A stretch of 64,000 nt of DNA from an uncultured bacterium (GCA_963771165.1 CAVYSN010000020.1:357-64356); one strand, 5' to 3'. Shown: positions 1-9,602, counted from the stretch's first letter. The notes: generated from the letters alone by a model not told the origin. Numbers and translations: made by a program.

Positions 1-898
1 CTTCTGTCGCTCCATACATGATGAATATTTTAACGTGCCCGGGTAATATCGCTTGTAATTCACGAAGAACAGGCACGGCCAGATTTCCACCGGCTTGCTG
101 AATATGATGCAAAGTCTTTAGCTGTCTGCGAGCGATATCCGACCGGCGGAGTAGAATTTGATAGGTGGATGGAACGCCGGCAAAACCTGTGCATCCCCTT
201 TGCTCCATCTCATCCAATACTTTATTCGGAAACAGGAATTGATGATTCAAAACCACACTTCCGCCGGAACGCAAATGAGTATGGAGCAGAGATAGTCCGT
301 AGCAATAGTGAAAAGGGAGGACCACCATCATGCAGTCGTTCGATGTGAGTTTTAAGTAGGCAAGAATCGACTGCGTGTTGACGATAATGTTGGAGTGCGA
401 AACAGCGACGCCCTTCGGATCTCCTGTGGATCCACTGGTCATCATGATTGCCGCTAATGAATTCTGTGATGGCGGTAACCAGGGTGACCACTCGACATTC
501 TGTGAGCTAAGATTGTCCTGTGGCTCTTCGGAATGGATTTGAACCGAAGGATGCAGGTCGGTTAGGAAAGACAAGTACTTTTTTTCGCAAAGCACATGGG
601 TCACATTCCTTAAGCGAAGGACTGTGCTTTTTGCGCGCCCGGTCTCATTCGGGGCAAGTGGTACAGCCACGGCTCCGCTGGAAATAACCGCCAGGTACCA
701 GATAACCCACTGGATGCTGTTTTCTGCAACAAGAACGACCAGATTTCCCGGTTTCATTCCGGTTCTTCGGAAAACCGCACAGGTGCTGCTGACTTTGTTC
801 CGTAGCTCACGATGTGTCATTTGCTGATCACGAAAGAAAATAGCCGGAGAATCGGAGTTGTGAACCAGCAGATAGTCAACGACGTTTTGCAAACTCAA
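1..898 (-). CDS. AMP-dependent synthetase/ligase (adenylate-forming), partial; 3' end runs off the window
   Basis: Hand translation of the minus strand gives one open frame from TTG at 898..896 down to nt 1. It contains ...AAIMMTSGSTGDPKGVAVSH... (AMP-binding signature, about nt 450-400) and ...KIFIMYGATE (YGxTE motif, nt 30-2). The ORF track omits it because there is no stop inside the window. It lies 25 nt downstream of the SDR-ACP gene on the same strand. Confidence 0.8.
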   Translation of the reverse strand, partial: MSLQNVVDYLLVHNSDSPAIFFRDQQMTHRELRNKVSSTCAVFRRTGMKPGNLVVLVAENSIQWVIWYLAVISSGAVAVPLAPNETGRAKSTVLRLRNVTHVLCEKKYLSFLTDLHPSVQIHSEEPQDNLSSQNVEWSPWLPPSQNSLAAIMMTSGSTGDPKGVAVSHSNIIVNTQSILAYLKLTSNDCMMVVLPFHYCYGLSLLHTHLRSGGSVVLNHQFLFPNKVLDEMEQRGCTGFAGVPSTYQILLRRSDIARRQLKTLHHIQQAGGNLAVPVLRELQAILPGHVKIFIMYGATE

Positions 899-923
899 GT
901 CTGTGAACCTTTCGGCGTTCTAA

Positions 924-1964
924 TTACTTTTTTAGAATTCTTAGAATAGCGCTGAAGTCTGTCATTTGCATAACTTCGTCGATGCTGAACTGGCGTCCAA
1001 AGGTTCCCTCGAGATCGCTGATCAAGCGAAGATGGCCTACCGAATCCCACCGGATGATGTCATCAGGTCCTGAATGAGCATGAATCTGATTTGAGTTGAT
1101 GCCGAAAACTCGTGAAAAAACAACAGACAGCGTTTGCGTCGTTTCGTCCTGTGCAATGGGTTCTGAGATTTTTTCATCTGGTATTGAAGCGGGTGGCGGG
1201 GATTCCGTTTTGCCGGTCTGAACAGCAGCTCCACTAAACAATCCGACGCCGTCATCCAGATCGATCACAGATCCTGTCATGGATGGGAAACGAAGTATTT
1301 GAAAAATGAATTCGGCGATTTCTTCGGGCTTTTGAATGCGATTTCTTGGGCTAACGGACTTGAGCCATAACAGCTCCGCGGCAGACTGAAGGGGAGTATC
1401 CACAATGCCCGGACATATACAGTTGACGCGAATCCCTCGTGCCAGAAGTTCTCTCGCGGAAGTGCGCGTGAAATGGATGATTCCCGCTTTTACGGCGCCG
1501 TAGACCGCGAGACCGGGATACGAGTGACGGCCTGCAACCGAAGATATGTTGATCACGTTGCCGTTACCTGCGGCGGATAATAAGGGGACCATTGCTGATG
1601 TTGCCAGCATCGTACCAAGCAGCATCGTGTTGATCTGATCGGATGCAGTTTTCGAATCGGTTTTCTCGACAGGAATGCGGCGAAGGATTCCAGCTCCGTT
1701 CACCAGCAAATTTACTTGATCCTCCTTTTGAGATAGTCCCCGAACCGCTTCTCCTATCGAGGCCTCCGAGCGGACATCGCAATTCTGATAAATGGCCTTG
1801 CCCGGCAGGTTCAGCTGATTTAGGGCGTCAACAACTCGAGTGCCTCGTTCCGGATCGCGCGACCAAATATAGACCCGGTATGATTCCGAAATAAGACATT
1901 TACAGAGGGCATTTCCGATTCCTCCGGAACCTCCTGTTACTACAGCAACGTTACGATCCGACAT
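924..1964 (-). CDS. Short-chain dehydrogenase/reductase fused to a C-terminal acyl-carrier-protein-like domain
   Basis: N-terminus has VAVVTGGSGGIGNAL (Rossmann TGxxxGIG) and NISSVAG...YGAVKAG (Ser...YxxxK catalytic set). After a Pro/Glu-rich linker, the last ~80 aa resemble a carrier domain with ...IIRWDSVGHLRLISDLE... (DS-type phosphopantetheine attachment site). Confidence 0.75.
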   Translation of the reverse strand: MSDRNVAVVTGGSGGIGNALCKCLISESYRVYIWSRDPERGTRVVDALNQLNLPGKAIYQNCDVRSEASIGEAVRGLSQKEDQVNLLVNGAGILRRIPVEKTDSKTASDQINTMLLGTMLATSAMVPLLSAAGNGNVINISSVAGRHSYPGLAVYGAVKAGIIHFTRTSARELLARGIRVNCICPGIVDTPLQSAAELLWLKSVSPRNRIQKPEEIAEFIFQILRFPSMTGSVIDLDDGVGLFSGAAVQTGKTESPPPASIPDEKISEPIAQDETTQTLSVVFSRVFGINSNQIHAHSGPDDIIRWDSVGHLRLISDLEGTFGRQFSIDEVMQMTDFSAILRILKK

Positions 1965-2046
1965 GATTTTTTGCTGATGAGAACGATTATCTTACCATTT
2001 TTCTGCTGCCATCCCGGGGCTTGGCATCTTTCATACATGCTAAAAT

Positions 2047-3081
2047 GTGTGCGCCATGCGGAAGCACAGTGGGATCACCTTAGGCGTCATTGGTTGCGGC
2101 CAGTGGGGCCCAAACCACATCCGAATTTTCTCTTCTCTTCCCGGTTCCTGTGTGATTGCTGCTGCAGATCCGTCCCAGTCTCGGTTGGATGCTCTAAAGA
2201 TTCAGCATCCTTCCGTTCGTTTTACCCGCCGAAATAGCGATATTCTGGAAGATGAATTGATTGATGTAGTCGTGATTGCTACACCCACACAAACGCATGC
2301 GAAAATTGCTCAAGAGGCATTGGAAGCCGGAAAGCACGTCCTGATAGAAAAGCCGATGTGTACGGAAATAGGTGAAGGGCAGGAACTGATTGCCCTTGCA
2401 CGGAAGAAAAAGAAAATCCTGATGGTCGGTCATGTCTTTCTTTTCAACAATGGAATTCTGAAACTGAAGGAACTACTGAATTTTGGTGATCTCGGGAAAA
2501 TTTACTACGTTAATTCCACTCGCACCAATTTAGGACCGATTCGCGGAGACGTGAACGCGGTTTACGATTTGGCATCCCATGACGTTTCGATCCTGAATTT
2601 TTTGCTTGGGGCGATTCCGGACGAAGTGTCTGCGATAGGTCAGGATTTTCTGCAAAAAGGTGTGGAAGACCTTGCGTTTATAACGATGCGCTATCCCGAT
2701 GGCGTGCTGTGCAGGATTCATGTTTCATGGCTTGATCCACGCAAGGTGCGCGAGATTACGATCGTTGGCGATAAGAAGATGGTGACCTTTGATGATCTCG
2801 CGCTTCAAGGTACGGTTCATATTTATGATAAGTGTGTTGTAAGGGAGCCGTTTTATGAAGATTACGGTCAATTTCAACTTTACACGCGAGAAGGGGACAT
2901 CACGATTCCGCGCGTGATGTTGGAAGAACCTCTGAAGAATCAAGCCCGGTATTTTTTGAGCTGCATTCAGAAAGGTAAGATTGAAGTATCCGATGGCCGT
3001 CAGGGGCTTGACGTAGTTCGTGTCCTGGAAGCGATCCAAAAGTCACTGAGGTCCGGCGGTGTACCGGTGCGTGTCGAGTAA
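2047..3081 (+). CDS. Gfo/Idh/MocA-family NAD(P)-dependent sugar oxidoreductase (WbpB/GnnA-like candidate)
   Basis: ITLGVIGCGQWGPNH Rossmann start and the LIEKPM motif (EKP). Immediately upstream of a DegT-type aminotransferase, which is the usual nucleotide-sugar 3-oxidation/transamination pair. Confidence 0.8.
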   Translation: MCAMRKHSGITLGVIGCGQWGPNHIRIFSSLPGSCVIAAADPSQSRLDALKIQHPSVRFTRRNSDILEDELIDVVVIATPTQTHAKIAQEALEAGKHVLIEKPMCTEIGEGQELIALARKKKKILMVGHVFLFNNGILKLKELLNFGDLGKIYYVNSTRTNLGPIRGDVNAVYDLASHDVSILNFLLGAIPDEVSAIGQDFLQKGVEDLAFITMRYPDGVLCRIHVSWLDPRKVREITIVGDKKMVTFDDLALQGTVHIYDKCVVREPFYEDYGQFQLYTREGDITIPRVMLEEPLKNQARYFLSCIQKGKIEVSDGRQGLDVVRVLEAIQKSLRSGGVPVRVE

Positions 3082-3086
3082 GAGTC

Positions 3087-4193
3087 ATGCAAGTTCCTTT
3101 CGTTGATCTGAAAGCTCAGCATGCGAACATCCGCGAAGAAATTCGTCAGGCAATCGAAGATGTAATCAACGCCGGCGATTTTATTTTAGGCGGTCAGGTA
3201 CTGCGTTTTGAAGCCGATTTCGCCTCTTATCTGGGCATTGCGCGTGTGATCGGCACCGGGAACGGGCTCGATGCTCTAAGACTGGCAATGGTTGCCCTGG
3301 ATATCGGCAGCGGCGACGAAGTCATCCTTCCAGCGAACACCTACATCGCTACGGCTCTCGCCGTCTCAGCAGTTGGCGCGCGTCCAGTTCTTGTCGAGGC
3401 GAACGAAGACACGTTTAATCTGGATGTCTCGCTGATTGAGCGTTCCATCACATCCCGCACAAAAGCGATCCTGGTTGTGCATCTTTATGGACAGGCGGCT
3501 CAGATGGATGCTTTGCTCGAACTCGCATCAAAGCGGAAGCTGCGCGTGATTGAGGATGCGTGCCAATCCCATGGCGCAAAATATGCCGGTAAGCGGACCG
3601 GTACATTCGGCGATATTGGATGTTTTAGCTTTTATCCTTCCAAGAATCTTGGGGCTATGGGTGATGCCGGTGCTGTTGTGACGGCGAATTACGATCTGGC
3701 GGAGAAATTAGAAAGGCTGCGCAATTATGGGCAACAAAAAAAATATTATCATGCTACCAAAGGGATCAATTCCCGTTTGGATAATATACAGGCAGCGGTG
3801 CTAAACGTTAAACTCAAATATCTAGATGCATGGAACGAGCTTAGGAGACAGCATGCCGCCGAGTACCAGGAACTTCTTGCACAGCTTCCTCAGGTAAGAA
3901 CTCCGCAGATCGGTGTGAATCGCGACCATGTTTTCCATCTGTATGTCGTCCGTTGTGAAGAACGGGATCGTCTTCAATCGTTTCTTTCTGAGCGAGGAAT
4001 TGCAACACAAATTCACTACCCGATACCCATTCATCTTCAAGAAGCTTATGCTGACCTCCGACTCAAAGCGGGAGCTTATCCGCTAACCGAAAAGCTATCC
4101 CAGGAAATCCTTTCACTGCCAATGTATCCCGAATTGAAGATGGAGCAGATTCACTATGTTGCGGATTCTATTTCTGCTTTTTATGCGCGCTAA
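3087..4193 (+). CDS. DegT/DnrJ/EryC1/StrS-family PLP-dependent sugar aminotransferase
   Basis: 368 aa. Family-typical FVDLKAQH start, ...CFSFYPSKNLGAMGDAGAV... (PLP-lysine region) and LRNYGQ. Confidence 0.9.
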   Translation: MQVPFVDLKAQHANIREEIRQAIEDVINAGDFILGGQVLRFEADFASYLGIARVIGTGNGLDALRLAMVALDIGSGDEVILPANTYIATALAVSAVGARPVLVEANEDTFNLDVSLIERSITSRTKAILVVHLYGQAAQMDALLELASKRKLRVIEDACQSHGAKYAGKRTGTFGDIGCFSFYPSKNLGAMGDAGAVVTANYDLAEKLERLRNYGQQKKYYHATKGINSRLDNIQAAVLNVKLKYLDAWNELRRQHAAEYQELLAQLPQVRTPQIGVNRDHVFHLYVVRCEERDRLQSFLSERGIATQIHYPIPIHLQEAYADLRLKAGAYPLTEKLSQEILSLPMYPELKMEQIHYVADSISAFYAR

Positions 4194-5426
4194 ATGCGAG
4201 GAGTGACAACCTTGCACCGGAAAGCGCTGTACGTTTTTCCGATTCTATTCCTCTTGTGGGGCAGTATCATTGCCTGGCTAACGCCGTTTGCACATTTTCC
4301 CGATGAATCCAGTCATTTGCAGTATATCCGCCACGTACGAATCCATCAAAAACTTCCAGAGCCAGGTGATAGACTCTCCGAAATCGCAGGCCCTGTTGTG
4401 TTTCATCCTCCACTGTATTACCTGTGTGCTGCTGTATTATTTCAGCCTTCCTGGTCTCAGGACAGTCAGGTTTTGATCCTCAGATTCTTTTCTTTACTCC
4501 AGGGTGTCCTGGCGGTCTTCATTCTCTGGAGGTGCGCTGAGATGATCTTTCCATCGAATCCCGCCGCTGTAATTCTCACAATGGGGTTAACCGTATTCAA
4601 TCCTCAATTTGTTTTTGTTCATTCAGGTATCGGGAATATTCCAACGACCACCCTTGTCTGCTCGCTGGCGTCCTTTTATCTGATTAAGATGATGATTGAT
4701 CCGGCAATCACGATACGTCAGAGCATGCTTCTGGGAAGTGTCCTGGGATTTGCCATTTTATCTCGCAGTGTGGCCGTCTTTCTTGCTCCGCCGTCGATCG
4801 CTGTCCTTTTTTTGAAGACAAGGAATAGAAATCAGTTTTTGATCCACGCCTCAGCATTGGCTTTGTGCGCGATAGCGACCGGAGGTTGGTGGTACATTCG
4901 AAACTGGATTCAGTATGGCGATCCACTCCTATGGAAAGTAACCGCTGCTACTGGATTCGTTCGAAGTGGACTGTTTCAGTGGTCCTATGTGTTGGAGACG
5001 ATTGCATTTCTTCATGCTTCTTTCTGGGCTTACTTCGGAAGAAATGAATTTCACGCCGGAATCTGGGAATATGCCGCGTATCTTTTTTTTGAAGTCATAG
5101 CGGTGACTGGAATTGTCAAAATCTGGCGGGACGGGAAAAACGATATTGATTTTGCTCATCCGCGTGTTGAGAGGCCCGCATTTTTTCTGATGGTCATGGC
5201 GGGATTTCTCGCAATTTTGGAAATCGTGATTGTTCTGATGAAGATCCCATCTCCTCAGGGCCGTTATTTGTATATGGCAATCGTTCCTCTGGCTCTTAGT
5301 CTTGGCGCAGGCCTCGCCAGAAGCATTGCCGCTGCGTTCCGTCTTCTTGGTGCGACTTTGTTCACCGTCTTTCTGTTCCTGTTCGAAAGTTATTTGCTGA
5401 TCCGATACTGGCTTCCGCACGTGTGA
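4194..5426 (+). CDS. Polytopic membrane protein, GT-C-type glycosyltransferase-like (ArnT/PMT/DUF2142-like)
   Basis: Starts at the DegT stop. About 10+ hydrophobic segments. First extracytoplasmic loop carries FPDESSHLQYIRH (Asp-Glu motif typical of GT-C enzymes). Family assignment is from motif memory only. Confidence 0.5.
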   Translation: MRGVTTLHRKALYVFPILFLLWGSIIAWLTPFAHFPDESSHLQYIRHVRIHQKLPEPGDRLSEIAGPVVFHPPLYYLCAAVLFQPSWSQDSQVLILRFFSLLQGVLAVFILWRCAEMIFPSNPAAVILTMGLTVFNPQFVFVHSGIGNIPTTTLVCSLASFYLIKMMIDPAITIRQSMLLGSVLGFAILSRSVAVFLAPPSIAVLFLKTRNRNQFLIHASALALCAIATGGWWYIRNWIQYGDPLLWKVTAATGFVRSGLFQWSYVLETIAFLHASFWAYFGRNEFHAGIWEYAAYLFFEVIAVTGIVKIWRDGKNDIDFAHPRVERPAFFLMVMAGFLAILEIVIVLMKIPSPQGRYLYMAIVPLALSLGAGLARSIAAAFRLLGATLFTVFLFLFESYLLIRYWLPHV

Positions 5427-5450
5427 GTGGTCTGGTAAACTAAGCAGTTT

Positions 5451-6242
5451 ATGTTCACGAAATTCGATCTACGCGCAAAAATTGTGGAGAATATTTGTCT
5501 CGGCGACAAGTACTACAGAATTAGAGTTGAGGCTCCCGAAATCGCCCGGCAGGCTCAGCCCGGTCAGTTTTGCATGATCCGCCCGGAATACAGCGGTGAG
5601 AGCTTGCTGCGCCGGCCTTTCTCGATTGCAGCCGTTCGTGAAGGAGGACTGCTGGAGTTCGCTTATACCGCGATCGGCATTGGAACGCGTTTGATTTCAC
5701 AGTCAGGGCCCGGGCAGCATCTCCTCTGTCTCGGTCCGCTCGGAAATTCGTTTCCGGTTGTTGCCGGCGCCCGTGCCCTGGTTGTAGGTGGAGGAATCGG
5801 AATTGCTCCTTTTCCCTTTTTTAATCGCGTGCTGAATGAACATCGCACATTCCCAATCACTTATTACGGCGCCCGCAGTGTCGAAGAACTCATTTATGTC
5901 GAAGAGTTGAACCAGCTGAGTCACAGTCTGAAAATCGCCACAGATGATGGAAGCGCCGGGCATCATGGTTTTGTCCCACAGCTTCTGGAAAAGGACCTGG
6001 AAGAATCACCCGGCGACAGCGTGATTTACGCTTGTGGTCCTCATCCGATGTTGCGCGTTGTCAAAAGCATTGCAGAGAGGTACGGAGTCCCTGCCTATCT
6101 TTCCATGGAAGAAACGATGGGATGTGGAGTGGGTATTTGCATCGGCTGTCCAATACCGGGTGTAACGCGTGAGGGACAAAGCACATACTACCTGTGTTGT
6201 AAGGATGGCCCAATTTTCCCTTCTACGGTTGTGATGATATGA
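5451..6242 (+). CDS. pyrK: Dihydroorotate dehydrogenase (class 1B) electron-transfer subunit
   Basis: RRPFSI FAD-binding motif and GGGIGIAP NAD motif. C-terminal Cys cluster MGCGVGICIGC...CCKDGP (2Fe-2S). Overlaps pyrD by 4 nt. Confidence 0.85.
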   Translation: MFTKFDLRAKIVENICLGDKYYRIRVEAPEIARQAQPGQFCMIRPEYSGESLLRRPFSIAAVREGGLLEFAYTAIGIGTRLISQSGPGQHLLCLGPLGNSFPVVAGARALVVGGGIGIAPFPFFNRVLNEHRTFPITYYGARSVEELIYVEELNQLSHSLKIATDDGSAGHHGFVPQLLEKDLEESPGDSVIYACGPHPMLRVVKSIAERYGVPAYLSMEETMGCGVGICIGCPIPGVTREGQSTYYLCCKDGPIFPSTVVMI

Positions 6243-7156
6243 CACCCGATCTTTCCGTTCGTCTTGGCAACCTCGAGCTGAAGAATCCAATCATGACTGC
6301 GAGCGGATGCTTCGGGTATGGTCTGGAGCTCACGGATTTGCTCGATCTCAATGAACTCGGAGGAATTGTCTCAAAGAGCCTTACGCCACAAAAACGAATG
6401 GGGACTCCACCGCACAGAATCTTTGAAACCGCATCCGGGATGCTGAATGCAATTGGGATTGAGAATATCGGAGTCGATTCGTATTTAACAGAAAAACTTC
6501 CTTCGCTGTCACGATACGATACGGCGATCGTGGCGAATGTGATGGGAAACACAATTGAGGAATACGCGGCGGCGGCAGCGCGATTTCGCGGTGTCTCAAG
6601 AGTTGCCGCAATTGAAGTAAATATTTCATCTCCCAATACAAAAATGGGCGGCATGCACTTTGGCGTGGACCCTGAGATGACTTATCAGGTAATCCGTGCA
6701 GTCAAGGACGCTACAGACCGGCCTGTGATTGCGAAGTTGAGTCCGAACGTAACGGACATTACACTCATTGCCCGTCGCGCGGTGGATGGCGGCGCGGACA
6801 TGCTTTCATTGATCAACACTCTCTGGTCTCTTGCTATCGATCACTGGAATGGTAAAGCAATTCTTGGAAACGTGACCGGAGGATTATCCGGTCCGGCGAT
6901 TAAGCCTGTGGCGTTGAGAATGGTGCATCAGGTTTCGCGAGCGCTGCCGGTTCCGTTGATTGGCATCGGCGGAATTGCAAATCTCTTCGACGTGATTGAA
7001 TTTCTGATGGCAGGCGCTTCGGCTGTTCAAATCGGCACAGCAAATTTCTACGATCCTACGGTTTCTGTGAGACTTGTGCGTGAACTTCGGGATTATTGTT
7101 CGATGAGAAAAATTGAAAAGGTCAGTAGCTTAATAGGATCGCTGCAGATATCATGA
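6239..7156 (+). CDS. pyrD: Dihydroorotate dehydrogenase catalytic subunit (class 1B)
   Basis: LKNPIMTASGCFGYG, IEVNISSPN and GIGGI motifs. 305 aa, positioned between pyrK and pyrF. Confidence 0.9.
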   Translation: MTPDLSVRLGNLELKNPIMTASGCFGYGLELTDLLDLNELGGIVSKSLTPQKRMGTPPHRIFETASGMLNAIGIENIGVDSYLTEKLPSLSRYDTAIVANVMGNTIEEYAAAAARFRGVSRVAAIEVNISSPNTKMGGMHFGVDPEMTYQVIRAVKDATDRPVIAKLSPNVTDITLIARRAVDGGADMLSLINTLWSLAIDHWNGKAILGNVTGGLSGPAIKPVALRMVHQVSRALPVPLIGIGGIANLFDVIEFLMAGASAVQIGTANFYDPTVSVRLVRELRDYCSMRKIEKVSSLIGSLQIS

Positions 7157-7839
7157 AAAATCGCGATCGTGTCATCGTTGCGTTGGATCTCGATGACCCT
7201 GTTCATGCTGTTCAGCTTGCTGCATCTCTTCAGTCCGTCTTTCCGTTTTTCAAAATCGGGATGAAGCTATTCACAAAAGGGGGACCGGACTTTGTAAAAA
7301 CCATATTAAAACATGGCCAGGTGTTTCTTGATTTGAAGTTCTACGATATACCCTCGGTTGTGGCTGAGGCTGTGGATAACGCAGCACAGATGGGAGTTTC
7401 GTTGATCACTGTGCATGCTTCCGGAGGATCTGAAATGTTGAAACTTTGCAAGGAAAAACTGCGATTGCGAGAATCATCCTGCAAGCTACTTGCTGTTACG
7501 GTGCTGACGAGTTTTGATTCACTCACAGAGTTTGGAATCGACCGTTCTGTTTCCGATCAGGTCCAATTGCTGGCGGAATTGGCCTTCGCTTGCAAAGTAG
7601 ATGGGATCGTCTGCTCACCTCAGGAGTTGTCCTTGCTTCGAGCACGCTTTCCAGCCCCTTTCCTTCTAGTCACTCCCGGGATCCGCGGAACATCCGATTC
7701 AGCAGGCGATCAAAAACGTACTGCTTCTCCAGCAGCTGCTCTAAACTCCGGAGCTGATTATCTTGTTATCGGGCGGCCGATCATTGCAGCTTCTGATCCT
7801 GTGAAAGCTGCCGAACGGATTGCACAGGAAATCAGCTAA
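7153..7839 (+). CDS. pyrF: Orotidine 5'-phosphate decarboxylase
   Basis: VIVALDL...FLDLKFYDIP (DxKxxDIP) ...TVHASGG...LVIGRPI. Overlaps pyrD by 4 nt. Confidence 0.9.
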   Translation: MKNRDRVIVALDLDDPVHAVQLAASLQSVFPFFKIGMKLFTKGGPDFVKTILKHGQVFLDLKFYDIPSVVAEAVDNAAQMGVSLITVHASGGSEMLKLCKEKLRLRESSCKLLAVTVLTSFDSLTEFGIDRSVSDQVQLLAELAFACKVDGIVCSPQELSLLRARFPAPFLLVTPGIRGTSDSAGDQKRTASPAAALNSGADYLVIGRPIIAASDPVKAAERIAQEIS

Positions 7840-7850
7840 AATCAAGATTC

Positions 7851-7994
7851 AACGCAAAGGCGCAAATAGGTAGTGGAGAGCATTTCCAGTATCATTCGAA
7901 AGGCCATGGCCATGTAACGTTGATAATGCTGTCCCAGAATGTGCGCTATTTGTGAGGAAATGCCCTGCCACTACCGGCTTCGCGCCTCTGCGTT
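7851..7994. repeat. Hairpin element, CGCAAAG family; arms 7851-7866 and 7979-7994, split by a nested insertion
   Basis: Left arm aacgcaaaggcgcaaa versus the reverse complement of the right arm aacgcagaggcgcgaa (14/16 match). Right end reads ...ctgcgttaaag. The loop is occupied by the 107 bp element at 7869-7975. Confidence 0.75.
7869..7975. mobile_element. MITE-like element with ~19 bp terminal inverted repeats GGTAGTGG(C)AGRGCATTTCC, copy 1
   Basis: Left end is ggtagtggagagcatttcc. The reverse complement of the right end is ggtagtggcagggcatttcc. A second, shorter copy in the opposite orientation lies at 21767-21835. No ORF inside. Confidence 0.65.
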
Positions 7995-8007
7995 AAAGAG
8001 CTAAATC

Positions 8008-8721
8008 ATGCGATGTGCTTTATTTCTTCCGTTGTTCGGCGTGGCAACTGTACTTCTAGGGCTCGCGTCGAGCGTCTGTTCGCTTTTCGATCATTCGGGA
8101 CGAACAGCCCATCATTTCGCGCGTAACTGGTCCAGATTCATCTTCTGGGGTGTCGGAATCCGTGTTCACGTAAGTGGCGTTGAAAATATACCGAAAAACA
8201 GAGCGGTGATCTTCGCCGGAAATCATCAGAGCACAATTGATATTCCTGCTATGTTTGGGTATCTGCCCGCTCAATTTCGAATCATGGCCAAGCAAATTCT
8301 GTTTACGATTCCTTTTTTGGGCTGGCATTTGTATTTGGGAGGCAATATTCCAATTGATCGAAAAAACGCGAAGAAAGCCCAGCGTGGATTACTAAAAGCC
8401 GCCGCGCGCGTGAGAAAGAACATTTCGTTGTTTGTTTTTGTCGAAGGGACTCGAACACGCGATGGAAGCTTGCGAAAATTCAAACGGGGTAGTTTTACTC
8501 TCGCTAAAAAGCTGAACGTGCCGATTGTTCCTGTTGCAATCATAGGGACCTTTGAACTAATGCCGGCGGGGAGCGTCCTCGCAAAGCCAGGACATATCTA
8601 CCTGAAAATCATGCCCCTCATTGAAGTAGCGCCAGAATCAAAAACGGAAGATCTTTCCGCCGCAGTTCGGAATCGTTTGATCGACGCAGGCCTGACAGAG
8701 CCGGAACTCAAATCATCATGA
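8008..8721 (+). CDS. plsC: 1-acyl-sn-glycerol-3-phosphate acyltransferase
   Basis: FAGNHQSTIDIP (HX4D) and FVEGTRTRDG (EGTR) acyltransferase motifs, with an N-terminal TM segment. Confidence 0.8.
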   Translation: MRCALFLPLFGVATVLLGLASSVCSLFDHSGRTAHHFARNWSRFIFWGVGIRVHVSGVENIPKNRAVIFAGNHQSTIDIPAMFGYLPAQFRIMAKQILFTIPFLGWHLYLGGNIPIDRKNAKKAQRGLLKAAARVRKNISLFVFVEGTRTRDGSLRKFKRGSFTLAKKLNVPIVPVAIIGTFELMPAGSVLAKPGHIYLKIMPLIEVAPESKTEDLSAAVRNRLIDAGLTEPELKSS

Positions 8722-9602
8722 GCCTATTTGAAGCCTATTGGCGTGACAAGCAGAAAACAATCGAGAGACGGTTGCAGGAATTGATACCGGTTGAAGATAT
8801 CGAACCTAAAAAACTACACCAAAGTGTGCGATATTCCTTGTTTGCAGACGCAAAACGGATCCGCCCTGTGTTTGCAATGGCTGTCGCTTCTATCTTTCGA
8901 GTGGACGAGGATGGACTGTCGGAGGCTGCTTGCACGCTTGAGATGGTGCACACCTGTTCATTGATTCTGGATGATTTGCCTAGCATGGACGGCGCAACAT
9001 TAAGAAGGGGGAAGCCGGCCAATCATCTTGTTTTTGGAGAAGATACTGCGATTTTAGCTGCATTTTATCTTTTGAACCGTGCATACGGAATTCTTGCAAG
9101 TTACAGGCAATCACTGTTCAGTCCAACGCTGTCGGCACAGTTTGTTTCCATTCTTTCCCGAGCACTGAGCTCTGAAGGCGTGATCGGAGGGCAGCTTGTG
9201 GATCTCGCCTCCAAGAATATCGCAATCGATCTTGAGACCCTTGAATTCATTCATAGCAGGAAAACCGGAGCGTTGTTCTTGGCATGCGCTGAAATGGGAA
9301 CCACGTTCGCGAAAGCGCGAGAGGGAGAACGTCAGGCGATCCTGAACTTTGCAAAGAACCTGGGACTTGCCTTTCAGATTACAGACGACATTTTGGATGC
9401 GACAGCCAGCCCCTCGGTGATCGGCAAAGACACGGGTAAAGATACCGGCAAGACCACTTTCATCACCTTCTGTGGATTGGAAGGGGCGCGACAGCTTGCA
9501 AATGAGTTAATCGATACGGCGGAACAGACGTTGCGTCCATTGAAATCCCGGGGTGAATTGTTGCTGAGTTTTGCCGAATTTGTGCGACATCGAACCAAGT
9601 AG
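8718..9602 (+). CDS. Short-chain polyprenyl diphosphate synthase (FPP/GGPP synthase type)
   Basis: First Asp-rich motif LILDDLPSMDGATLRRGKP and second motif FQITDDILD. 4 nt overlap with plsC. Confidence 0.8.
   Translation: MSLFEAYWRDKQKTIERRLQELIPVEDIEPKKLHQSVRYSLFADAKRIRPVFAMAVASIFRVDEDGLSEAACTLEMVHTCSLILDDLPSMDGATLRRGKPANHLVFGEDTAILAAFYLLNRAYGILASYRQSLFSPTLSAQFVSILSRALSSEGVIGGQLVDLASKNIAIDLETLEFIHSRKTGALFLACAEMGTTFAKAREGERQAILNFAKNLGLAFQITDDILDATASPSVIGKDTGKDTGKTTFITFCGLEGARQLANELIDTAEQTLRPLKSRGELLLSFAEFVRHRTK

Noticed and set aside
222-827. Track ORFs 222..491 (-) and 624..827 (+) as genes
   Set aside because: Both are off-frame shadows of the open-ended AMP-ligase frame on the minus strand, which carries clear AMP-binding motifs. 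Their translations are low-complexity and have no motif.
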